A stretch of 64,000 nucleotides of DNA. Source: an uncultured Gammaproteobacteria bacterium. Its GTDB lineage: Bacteria; Patescibacteriota; Microgenomatia; Levybacterales; UBA12049. Position 1 is the first letter of the stretch. Each line of letters begins with the position of its first letter. Below are positions 48,673 through 56,991 of this stretch, in pieces. Where the stretch lies: contig CAYOZJ010000004.1 of the NCBI GenBank assembly GCA_964408485.1, positions 8,685 to 72,684 on the forward strand, in the 5' to 3' direction. The position numbers and the translations under genes were made by a program. The notes under the pieces are model-generated. The model was given only the letters and a program-made list of their open reading frames with translations, was not told the origin of the DNA and did not search any database.

Positions 48673-48942
48673 TTAAAATCGTGGAGGAACTTTAGGTTTT
48701 CTTCTTAAGTTTGCCAATAATTCTCTTGCCGCTTTTACTTCTCGAGCAGTAAATCTTCCCAGTTCATCAGGGTGTTCATTGAGAGCATTAGCAATTTCCT
48801 GAGCTGATAATCGTTTCCTTTTTTCTTCGATATGGCGAGATCCAGAATTTTTATCAAATCGACCTACTGCCTTTATTTTCGTTATATAGAGCTCATTTCT
48901 TTCACTGGCAGATAATGGAGCTAAGGTATCACCTTTGCGCAT
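48673..48942 (-). CDS. Hypothetical basic protein
   Basis: 89-aa ORF with TAAAAT -10-like box just upstream. Confidence 0.5.
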   Translation of the reverse strand: MRKGDTLAPLSASERNELYITKIKAVGRFDKNSGSRHIEEKRKRLSAQEIANALNEHPDELGRFTAREVKAARELLANLRRKPKVPPRF

Positions 48943-48988
48943 ATATGCATTTTACCACAAAGGCAATCTATCTGAGTTTTTCCCATAC

Positions 48989-49030
48989 AAAAACCCCCGC
49001 CTTCAAATGAGAATTAGCGAGGGGGTTTTT
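48989..49030. terminator. Intrinsic terminator, probably bidirectional
   Basis: AAAAACCCCC...GGGGGTTTTT. Confidence 0.7.
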
Positions 49031-49046
49031 GATATGCAATTGGCGC

Positions 49047-49190
49047 TTATGCACCAATTTTAAACATGCCTGTGCCACAAACTGGACACTTAGCTTTCTT
49101 TGCATGTTTGCCGTTTTTCATAACGACATCTTCTGCATCTTCAACATCTCTCTTAGCTCGGCATTTTACGCAATACATTGTTACTGTCAT
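49047..49190 (-). CDS. 47-aa zinc-ribbon protein (DUF5679-like)
   Basis: MTVTMYCVKCRAK...MKNG...KCPVCGTGMFKIGA; strong SD GGGGGTGA. Confidence 0.85.
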   Translation of the reverse strand: MTVTMYCVKCRAKRDVEDAEDVVMKNGKHAKKAKCPVCGTGMFKIGA

Positions 49191-49313
49191 GGTATTTCAC
49201 CCCCCTTCGCCATCCGTAACTTTAGTGTAGGATGGTTTCACTCCTTAATTTTTACTACTGTGTTGTCTGTTTAAGGTTCAGGCTTCGGGGGGCACGCCCC
49301 CTATTTCCCCATA

Positions 49314-49598
49314 TTAATATCTTACAAATCCTATTGCAAGCATATGGTGACTAAGTAAAAAATAAAAAAGGAGTTCTAATCCAACAATGATTATAGAAAT
49401 AAGTGCAGTTTTGCGTAAATCATTTTGCGCAATAGATATCGTATTTCCTGATTCTTGGGCTTGTCCAATAGATGGAGAAATGTTTTTTGCAGAAAAAACA
49501 TACGTTGGGGATGTATGGACGTGTTGGGCAGCAAGAGTTGCAGAATTCCTAACATCCGAAACCTTTTTCTGCGCCCTTGTCTTTTTGTGCTTAGGCAT
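49314..49598 (-). CDS. Hypothetical protein, basic N-terminus and C-terminal TM
   Basis: MPKHKKTR...DLRKT followed by a TM helix. Confidence 0.65.
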   Translation of the reverse strand: MPKHKKTRAQKKVSDVRNSATLAAQHVHTSPTYVFSAKNISPSIGQAQESGNTISIAQNDLRKTALISIIIVGLELLFYFLLSHHMLAIGFVRY

Positions 49599-49657
49599 GA
49601 TCTTCAGGCAGATTACACCATTGACAGCGAGCCTGTCAAGAGGCTACCATAACTAGT

Positions 49658-50140
49658 ATGCTCGTCGTTGCATTTGTTCTTATTGGTCTTTTAACTGTTT
49701 GGGTTGCTGTATTAACCTATTTCTTTTGGTCTCTCTCTGCTCACTACAATAATTTGGTCAAGACAACAAATAAAAAAACAATGCAGCAAGTCCTTGACTC
49801 ACTTCTTGCTGACATCGCTTTCGCAAAAAAGGATATTGCCAATCTTTCCAAAACGTGTGATACAATCATTGAAGAGGGTAAGTTTCATATTCAGAAAGTT
49901 GGTCTTCTTCGATTTAACCCATTTAAGGAAACAGGAGGAGATCAAAGTTTTATTCTGTCTCTCTTAGATAAGCAAGATAATGGTATTGTATTATCTGGAT
50001 TGTATTCCAGAACAGGAATGCGATGGTATGCAAAGAAGATAAAAGAGGGAAAGGGACTCGAGCATACACTCTCTGAAGAAGAAAAAGAAGCAATTAGACA
50101 AGCCCGTCTGCCAGACGGTCACGAAGTTGTTTCAAAATAA
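49658..50140 (+). CDS. DUF4446-like protein
   Basis: QKVGLLRFNPF..GGDQSF...NGIV...YAK...LS.EE. Confidence 0.8.
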   Translation: MLVVAFVLIGLLTVWVAVLTYFFWSLSAHYNNLVKTTNKKTMQQVLDSLLADIAFAKKDIANLSKTCDTIIEEGKFHIQKVGLLRFNPFKETGGDQSFILSLLDKQDNGIVLSGLYSRTGMRWYAKKIKEGKGLEHTLSEEEKEAIRQARLPDGHEVVSK

Positions 50141-50141
50141 T

Positions 50142-51293
50142 ATGAATAAACGCATTGTACTTCTTATTGTCCTTTTTGTTGCATCTCTTGGATTGTCCTA
50201 CGTATTCTTCACCTATGTCTACCCAATCAAAAAGGCAATTGTTATTACTCCTCCGCAAAAGCTAGCATCAGGAGAATTGGGATTTGATGACTCTCTTCCC
50301 AAGACGCAGGCATGTCCTCTTAACGGCGCATTATATTCAACACAACAAGAAGCATGGTGGCAAAAACATGCTCCTTTGGGTGTTATGGTAGAAAATAGTA
50401 CTGATGCACGGCCACAATCAGGCTTATCCAGTGCAGATATTGTTTATGAAGCGGTTGCAGAAGGCGGAATAACACGATTTTTATCAATATTTTACTGCCA
50501 GGACGCAAAAATGGTTGCACCAGTACGGTCAGCACGAGTATATTATGTTAATTGGGTTTCGGAATACGGTCCATCGCCACTCTACGCGCACGTAGGAGGA
50601 GCAAATACACCAGGACCAGCAGATGCACTAGGACTTATTAGTAGTCTTGGATGGGATGGATACAACGATCTCAATCAATTTGCCATAGGATTCCCAACAT
50701 ATTGGCGTGATTACGACAGATTAGGTCACGAAGTAGCAACAGAGCATACGATGGTAAGTACCACAACGAAGTTATGGGATTTTGCTAAAACGCGTGGGCT
50801 CACTAACGTGAATAAGGACGGTGACAGCTGGGATACTAAATTTGTTAAATATAGCTTTAAAGATGACGCGCCTGTTTCTTCGCGTCCTGCAAGTCAACAA
50901 GTGCATGTCGATTTTTCTTTTGACTCAAGTTATTCAGTTGATTGGTCCTATGATAAAGCAAGTAATACCTATTTGAGAAAAAATGGTGGGTCTGCGCAAA
51001 TTGATTTGAATAATAAAAAACAACTTGCGCCAAAAAATATAGTTGTACTATTCATGCCACTTTCTCAAGTGAATGATGGGTATACGGATAATGAGCATAT
51101 GGAGTATGGAAATAAAGGGAGCGGAAAAGCGCTTATCTTTATGGATGGAAAAGAAGTAAAAGGTACATGGAGTAAAGCATCTCGAACAGCACGAACGCTT
51201 ATCTATGATAATGCAGGGAGTCCAATTGCATTTGATAGAGGACAAATTTGGTTTGAAGCACAACCATTGGATGGTGTTGTAACAGTTAAGTGA
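50142..51293 (+). CDS. DUF3048-like protein
   Basis: VMVEN...ARPQSGL..ADIVYE..AEGGITRF, VRSAR. Confidence 0.85.
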   Translation: MNKRIVLLIVLFVASLGLSYVFFTYVYPIKKAIVITPPQKLASGELGFDDSLPKTQACPLNGALYSTQQEAWWQKHAPLGVMVENSTDARPQSGLSSADIVYEAVAEGGITRFLSIFYCQDAKMVAPVRSARVYYVNWVSEYGPSPLYAHVGGANTPGPADALGLISSLGWDGYNDLNQFAIGFPTYWRDYDRLGHEVATEHTMVSTTTKLWDFAKTRGLTNVNKDGDSWDTKFVKYSFKDDAPVSSRPASQQVHVDFSFDSSYSVDWSYDKASNTYLRKNGGSAQIDLNNKKQLAPKNIVVLFMPLSQVNDGYTDNEHMEYGNKGSGKALIFMDGKEVKGTWSKASRTARTLIYDNAGSPIAFDRGQIWFEAQPLDGVVTVK

Positions 51294-51360
51294 TTACTCC
51301 TGCTCGTATCAAACATAATACTTGTTCAATTGTGCTATAATTATTTCGTAATCAATACCT

Positions 51361-51936
51361 ATGTTGGCAGACTTCATTACATCAAAATCTCGCGTTAAAT
51401 TACTCAACGTTTTACTTGCATCTCCTTATGACATGTTTCATGTAAGAGAGCTCGTGAGAAGAACGAATGATGAAATTAATGCAGTCAGACGCGAGCTTGC
51501 ATTTCTAGAGGGTAAAGGAATATTGAATAAGGAAAAGCGTGCCAACCGTGTCTATTATTATCTTTCAAAAAATTATCCTTTCTATTATGATTTACTTCGC
51601 TTGGCAGCCAAAACCACAGGATTGGGATCAGAAGTTATTAAAAACCGCGCAAAATTAGGTAAAGTAAAATATGCATTTATTTCCGGACGCTTTGTCAGGC
51701 GTCTTGAAAAACTTCCCGAAATGGTCGATTTCCTTATGGTAGGGACAATAGTTTTGCCTGAAGTAGCGCTTCTTGTGAGAAATGAAGAGGCTCGCTTAGC
51801 AACGGAAATCAATTATACTGTTATGACAGAAGAAGAATTCAATTTTAGACGCGAAAGAAATGATCCCTTTATAGCAAAGGTATTGGCAGGATCCCGAATT
51901 ATGCTCCTGGGGGATGAAGAGGCAATGCTTGCATGA
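51361..51936 (+). CDS. Winged-HTH plus nucleotidyltransferase-like protein
   Basis: SKSRVKLL, VRELVR, AVRREL; C-terminal VDFLMVG and EINY. Confidence 0.7.
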   Translation: MLADFITSKSRVKLLNVLLASPYDMFHVRELVRRTNDEINAVRRELAFLEGKGILNKEKRANRVYYYLSKNYPFYYDLLRLAAKTTGLGSEVIKNRAKLGKVKYAFISGRFVRRLEKLPEMVDFLMVGTIVLPEVALLVRNEEARLATEINYTVMTEEEFNFRRERNDPFIAKVLAGSRIMLLGDEEAMLA

Positions 51937-53282
51937 AATCACTGCGATTGTTTTTTCTATTTGTCCTATGTTTAACACTTCTCGCAGTGTATATTGTTGT
52001 ACTTCCTATTACGTTTCCTAAGACTCCTCTTTTTAAGAATCTTCCATCAATTCCCGGAGGAATTCATATTCATGCAGGACCTTTGCAAATTGATCGTGAT
52101 TTTCCATTTCAGCGTGGACTTGATTTACAAGGTGGGACAAGCATAACGCTTAAAGCAGATATGGCAAAAATAAAATCAGCTGACCGCGATAATGCCCTTC
52201 AAACAGCACAATCTGTTATTGAAAGGCGTATTAATTTATTTGGTGTCAAAGAGCCTGTTGTCCAGACAAGTCATGTGAATGGAGATTACCGTATTATTGT
52301 TGAGTTGCCTGGAGTAAATGTCCAACAAGCAGTACAGCTAGTTGGTACAACAGCGCAGCTAACGTTTTGGGAACCTGTTGCTAGCAGCTCGGCACTGGCA
52401 GTAGATCCTAATTTGTTACCCATTGGAATTCCTCAAACCATTGGCCCTTTTGCTCATGCAACAGATTTAACAGGGTCAGATTTACAAAATGCAGTCGTTG
52501 TTTTTGACAATAAGTCAGGGAGTCCTCAGGTACAACTTACCTTTACGAGCAGTGGGACAAAGAAATTTGGTGATATTACGCAAAGAAATGTTGGTAAACC
52601 TATTGCAATGGTTTTGGATAACGTTGTTTTGGAAGCGCCAACAGTAAATGAAGTTATCTTAACAGGAGATGCTCTGATAAGTGGTGGATTTACCACGTCT
52701 ACAGCTAACCAACTTTCTATTCAGCTTCGCGCGGGGAGTCTTCCTGTCCCACTATCCGTACTCCAACAGCAATCGATTGGTGCAACTCTTGGAGAAGGGT
52801 CTTTGGAGAAATCACTTTTTGCAGGATTTGTCGGATTTGCAGTTATTGTTGTTTTTATGACATTTTTATATGGAAGATTGGGTGTTATTGCAAGTGTTGC
52901 ACTTGCTGTTTATACACTCATAACGCTTGCTGTCTTTAAAATGATTCCTGTCACGCTGACACTTGCTGGTATTGCAGGATTTATTCTTTCTATTGGTATG
53001 GCAGTGGACGCAAATATTCTTATTTTTGAAAGAATGAAAGAAGAACTCAGGTCTGGAAAATCCAGTAAAAGTGCAATAGAGCTAGGATTCTCTAGGGCAT
53101 GGACTTCCATTCGGGATAGTAATATTGCAACAATTATAACAAGTGCAGTTTTGTATTATTTTGGGACAGGTGTTGTACGAGGATTTGCATTTACCCTTGC
53201 AATTGGCGTTATTATTTCGCTTTTCAGTGCGATTAGTGTAACACGCACCTTGCTTAGACAATTTTATAACAAGGAAGCGTAG
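51933..53282 (+). CDS. secD: Protein translocase subunit SecD
   Basis: GLDLQGG, IIVELPG, GSLPVPL, GMAVDANILIFER. Confidence 0.96.
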   Translation: MKSLRLFFLFVLCLTLLAVYIVVLPITFPKTPLFKNLPSIPGGIHIHAGPLQIDRDFPFQRGLDLQGGTSITLKADMAKIKSADRDNALQTAQSVIERRINLFGVKEPVVQTSHVNGDYRIIVELPGVNVQQAVQLVGTTAQLTFWEPVASSSALAVDPNLLPIGIPQTIGPFAHATDLTGSDLQNAVVVFDNKSGSPQVQLTFTSSGTKKFGDITQRNVGKPIAMVLDNVVLEAPTVNEVILTGDALISGGFTTSTANQLSIQLRAGSLPVPLSVLQQQSIGATLGEGSLEKSLFAGFVGFAVIVVFMTFLYGRLGVIASVALAVYTLITLAVFKMIPVTLTLAGIAGFILSIGMAVDANILIFERMKEELRSGKSSKSAIELGFSRAWTSIRDSNIATIITSAVLYYFGTGVVRGFAFTLAIGVIISLFSAISVTRTLLRQFYNKEA

Positions 53283-53311
53283 ACCACGACTAATAAGTCG
53301 TGGATGAAGCG
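53274..53311. repeat. Hairpin resembling IS200/IS605-type or REP end
   Basis: CCACGACT-AATA-AGTCGTGG, flanked by GAAGCG direct repeats. Confidence 0.5.
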
Positions 53312-53370
53312 CTATAATAGCTAAACAGTGCGTTGAAAACTTTTGCCTTAAGCGAAATGTTTTTATTATC

Positions 53371-53715
53371 ATGAATAAAACAACAGTTCAAAAACTTATC
53401 GATGCGGTTGCTCTATTTCGAGATGAAAGGGGTTGGGGAAAAACAGCTAACCCAAAAAACATTGCAATTGCAACGAGTATTGAAGCTGCAGAACTTTTAG
53501 AACATTTTAAATGGAAAACAGATAAAGAAATAAAAGAATATGTTACTAAGTATAAAAAAGAAATAGAAGAAGAGGTTGCGGATGTGTTATTCAATACAGT
53601 ACTTATGATTGATAATTTGGGAATTGATATGGATACAGTTTTCTTTGAGAAAATCGAAAAGAATAAGAAAAAATACCCAATTGAAAAAGTGAAAGGAAAG
53701 AATCCATATCTATGA
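53371..53715 (+). CDS. MazG-like (dCTPase-type) pyrophosphohydrolase
   Basis: FRDERGW, PKN, EAAELLE.F.W, EEVADV, KYP. Confidence 0.88.
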   Translation: MNKTTVQKLIDAVALFRDERGWGKTANPKNIAIATSIEAAELLEHFKWKTDKEIKEYVTKYKKEIEEEVADVLFNTVLMIDNLGIDMDTVFFEKIEKNKKKYPIEKVKGKNPYL

Positions 53716-54596
53716 ATATAATTTCTAAAAAAAATTGGTATTTTGCTTTGTCACTTATTGTGATTATTCCTGGTGTTATTTCTCTTCTTTTGTTTGGTCT
53801 TAGACTGTCAATTGATTTTAGTGGAGGGACGCGCATTACTTTCTCTCATGTTAGTAAGTCCAACGCAGTGGTGAATGCATTTAAGGCAAGTAACATAGAA
53901 GTTGCATCTGTTGGGATTAATGGTACAACAGTGACACTTCGGACAAAGCCATTAGATAGTAAGCAAAATAGCGTAGTACTTGCCGAAATTCAAAAAAATG
54001 ATTCTTCAGTAAAAGAAGACGAATTTGCAACCGTTGGTCCAACAATCGGATCGGAGACAACGCGTAACGCACTCCTGGGAGTACTCATTGCATCGCTTCT
54101 TATTGTTGGATATATTACGCTTTCTTTTAGGCATGTCAGAAAGCCAGCAAATTCTCTTCAATTTGGTATTACAGCAATTGTTGCCTTACTTCATGATGCA
54201 CTTGTCTTATTAGGAGTATTCTCTATTTTAGGTCATTTCTACGGCGTAGAGGTAGATAGTTTGTTTGTAACAGCAGTGCTCACAGTTATTGGGTTTTCTG
54301 TTCATGACACAATTGTTGTTTTTGACAGAGTACGTGAGAATTTACAAAAAATGCCATTTGCAAGCTTTGGAGAAGTGGTCAATGCATCAATTATCCAGAC
54401 GCTTGGAAGGTCTTTAAATACATCTCTTACGGTCATTCTTGTTTTGTTTGCGCTTTTATTATTTGGAGGGGATAGTACAAAATGGTTTGTTGTAGCACTT
54501 CTTATTGGTATTATTTCCGGGACCTATTCATCGATATTTAATGCTGCACCGCTTCTTGTGTTATGGAATGAGTGGAGTCAAAGACGTAAAGTGTAA
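53712..54596 (+). CDS. secF: Protein translocase subunit SecF
   Basis: SIDFSGG, VGPTIG, GFSVHDTIVVFDRVRE, GTYSSIF. Confidence 0.96.
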   Translation: MNIISKKNWYFALSLIVIIPGVISLLLFGLRLSIDFSGGTRITFSHVSKSNAVVNAFKASNIEVASVGINGTTVTLRTKPLDSKQNSVVLAEIQKNDSSVKEDEFATVGPTIGSETTRNALLGVLIASLLIVGYITLSFRHVRKPANSLQFGITAIVALLHDALVLLGVFSILGHFYGVEVDSLFVTAVLTVIGFSVHDTIVVFDRVRENLQKMPFASFGEVVNASIIQTLGRSLNTSLTVILVLFALLLFGGDSTKWFVVALLIGIISGTYSSIFNAAPLLVLWNEWSQRRKV

Positions 54597-54605
54597 AAGT
54601 AATAT

Positions 54606-54939
54606 TGTCACTCTGGTAAGCGATAGCGCATCCAGAATCTATGAAACAAGGTTTTGTTTACATAATGGCTAACGATAAACCAGTTATATACACTGGGGTA
54701 ACAAGTAATTTGATTCAAAGGGTTCATCAGCATAAAAATCATTTGGTTCAAGGATTCACTTCAAAATATAATCTTCATAAACTTGTTTACTACGAAACTT
54801 TAAATACTATAGAGAGCGCTATTACTAGAGAGAAACAAATTAAGGATATGGATAGAAAGGATAAATTACTTATGATTGAAAAATTGAACCCTGATTTTAA
54901 AGACTTGTATGGAGAGATTCTGGACAAGCCAGAATGACA
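54606..54939 (+). mobile_element. GIY-YIG gene cassette bounded by TGTCA...TGACA palindromic arms
   Basis: Left arm 54606-54640 ends at the ATG; right arm 54915-54939 contains the stop; ORF-less copies elsewhere. Confidence 0.7.
54641..54937 (+). CDS. Stand-alone GIY-YIG nuclease
   Basis: VYIM...YTGVTSNL.QRV.QH, FTSKY, LVYYE, AITREKQIK, NP. Confidence 0.92.
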   Translation: MKQGFVYIMANDKPVIYTGVTSNLIQRVHQHKNHLVQGFTSKYNLHKLVYYETLNTIESAITREKQIKDMDRKDKLLMIEKLNPDFKDLYGEILDKPE

Positions 54940-54975
54940 GAACGCTCAGGCAAGATTTGTTTACGCTTTTCGCTT

Positions 54976-55434
54976 TTAATTTTTTGCTTGTAAGGCTTCT
55001 TTAACGAGTTTGCTTACCAAAGATCCATCTGCTTTTCCTTTTACTTTTGGCATAAGAAGTGCCATAACTTTTCCCATATCTGCTGGTGTACTTGCGCCAG
55101 ATGCGGCAACTGCTTCATCAACATATTTCTTTACTTCTGTCTCACTCATCTGCTCGGGTAGGTAGGTTTCTAAAATAGTAAGTTCTGCTTTTTCTTTATC
55201 TACTAAATCCTGTCTTCCGGCATTTTGAAATTGTTCTATGGAATCTTTTCGTTGTTTAATTTCCTTATTTATTACAGTCATGACATCTTCTTCTGTTGCT
55301 TCATATCCTGCGCCACCTTTTTGAATTTCATAGTAGGTTATACCAGAGAGGATAAAACGAATAACAGCAGTCCTTAGCTCGTCTTTGGCAAGCATAGACT
55401 GCTTGAGTTGGTCTTTCAGTTGTTGCTTTTGCAT
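54976..55434 (-). CDS. yqeY: GatB/YqeY domain protein
   Basis: [33 protein letters not shown]; start moved to ATG 55434. Confidence 0.9.
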   Translation of the reverse strand: MQKQQLKDQLKQSMLAKDELRTAVIRFILSGITYYEIQKGGAGYEATEEDVMTVINKEIKQRKDSIEQFQNAGRQDLVDKEKAELTILETYLPEQMSETEVKKYVDEAVAASGASTPADMGKVMALLMPKVKGKADGSLVSKLVKEALQAKN

Positions 55435-55450
55435 AAAACAAGTATAGTCT

Positions 55451-55571
55451 TCTTGTTCGAGCTTGTCGAGAACTTCTCGGCTTCCCAGATTCGGGACTAG
55501 TGCTCGATTCAGCATTTTCCTCGCCGAGGTGGCGTTCGCCGAACCGCCGCACTTACTCGCTCGAAGAATAA
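55451..55571 (-). repeat. Family F element with nested four-module hairpin cassette (55481-55550)
   Basis: TTATTCTTCGAGCGAGTAAG [cassette] CCGAGAAGTTCTCGACAAGCTCGAACAAGA on the minus strand. Confidence 0.75.
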
Positions 55572-56974
55572 AGTTCGTGAACTCTTTTTAATAAGTGTTC
55601 TTTATTATTCAATTCTAAATTCTCATCAACTTCTTCAAATAATTTTTGTAAAAGCTCTCCCACTTGTCGTCCTGGTTTCATGTTCAGCTCTTTCATAATG
55701 TCATTACCATCGATTACAAGGTCATTAATAGAAAATGGACCTGGTGCTAATTCTTTCTCAATTCGCTCTCTAAATAACTTTAATCTCCAAGATTCTGCTG
55801 TTTGGGTACCACTTCCTAATCTATCACCAATACGAAGATCTATCATATCTTTTACATTTTCAACACCAATACGTCGTATAAATCTTCTTACTGCACTATC
55901 TGTAATATGCTCGTCAACGGTAAACATATGCCAGCGAATAAGGGTAATAATTTTTTTCTTGTCCTTTTTAGAGAAATGAAGCCTATTTGCAATATCGTAT
56001 GCAATTTGCGCCCCTGCTATTTCGTGATTGTAAAAAATAACTAGTCCACTTTTGTCCTCACTTCTCACGCGAGGCTTACCAATGTCATGAATAAGTGTTG
56101 CAAAGCGGACAATGGAATCTGTTGCAGGAGTAAGTTTGAGACTAAGCACATTGTGAGTAAATACATCCTCTGTGTGATGTCTTCCGGGACGTTCCTGGGA
56201 CATGCCCACTCCTTCTAAGAGTTCAGGCAAAATATATTGGAGTAAATTAGCATTTTTTAAAAGCATAATTCCCTCATACGGATAATCACTTGCAAGAATC
56301 TTCATAAGTTCATCCCGAATGCGCTCGTTAGAAATGAGAGGAAGGAGTTGAGAGTCTTCTAAAATTGCTTTCCATGTATTCTCTTCAATGGTAAAGCTCA
56401 ATTGTGTTGCAAAACGAATTGCGCGCATAAGGCGTAGTGTATCTTCTTTAAATCGTTCGTTTGGATTTCCAACTGCTCGAATAAGATGGTTTTCTAAATC
56501 CTTTTGTCCGTGGTATGGATCCACAATGTTTTCTCCATTAGTCAGGCTAAGTGCCATGGCATTAATAGTAAAGTCGCGTCGTTGCAAATCTTCCTCGATT
56601 GTTTTTCCCCAAGCGACAATTTCTGGATGCCTACTGTCTGTGTAATTTCGCTCTGTACGGTATGTTGTTATTTCAACGATCTGGTTATTAGTTATTGGTT
56701 CGTGGTTCGTGGTTTCTTTTTCTTGTTCCGAACCATCAGCTATTAGCTCTAAACTAATCGGTACTCCCACTGTTCCAAACTGATTATCGTAAAAACCATT
56801 TGGGAAAACTTTTAAAATTTCCTCAGGTGTTGCATTGGTTGTCATGTCCCAATCTTTAACACTCTTTTTAAGAAACATGTCTCTTACGCAACCGCCAACG
56901 AAGTACACTTCAAAACCTGCGCGAGAAAGAGTATGGTATACTGACAAGACTGACTCTGGAATAGAATTCTCCAT
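55553..56974 (-). CDS. cca: CCA tRNA nucleotidyltransferase with HD domain
   Basis: [37 protein letters not shown]. Confidence 0.92.
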   Translation of the reverse strand: MENSIPESVLSVYHTLSRAGFEVYFVGGCVRDMFLKKSVKDWDMTTNATPEEILKVFPNGFYDNQFGTVGVPISLELIADGSEQEKETTNHEPITNNQIVEITTYRTERNYTDSRHPEIVAWGKTIEEDLQRRDFTINAMALSLTNGENIVDPYHGQKDLENHLIRAVGNPNERFKEDTLRLMRAIRFATQLSFTIEENTWKAILEDSQLLPLISNERIRDELMKILASDYPYEGIMLLKNANLLQYILPELLEGVGMSQERPGRHHTEDVFTHNVLSLKLTPATDSIVRFATLIHDIGKPRVRSEDKSGLVIFYNHEIAGAQIAYDIANRLHFSKKDKKKIITLIRWHMFTVDEHITDSAVRRFIRRIGVENVKDMIDLRIGDRLGSGTQTAESWRLKLFRERIEKELAPGPFSINDLVIDGNDIMKELNMKPGRQVGELLQKLFEEVDENLELNNKEHLLKRVHELYSSSE

Positions 56975-56991
56975 ATCGCTAAAATTATACC

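Noticed and set aside
9006-55571. CRISPR array
   Set aside because: Repeats are dispersed, lack regular unique spacers, and no cas genes are present
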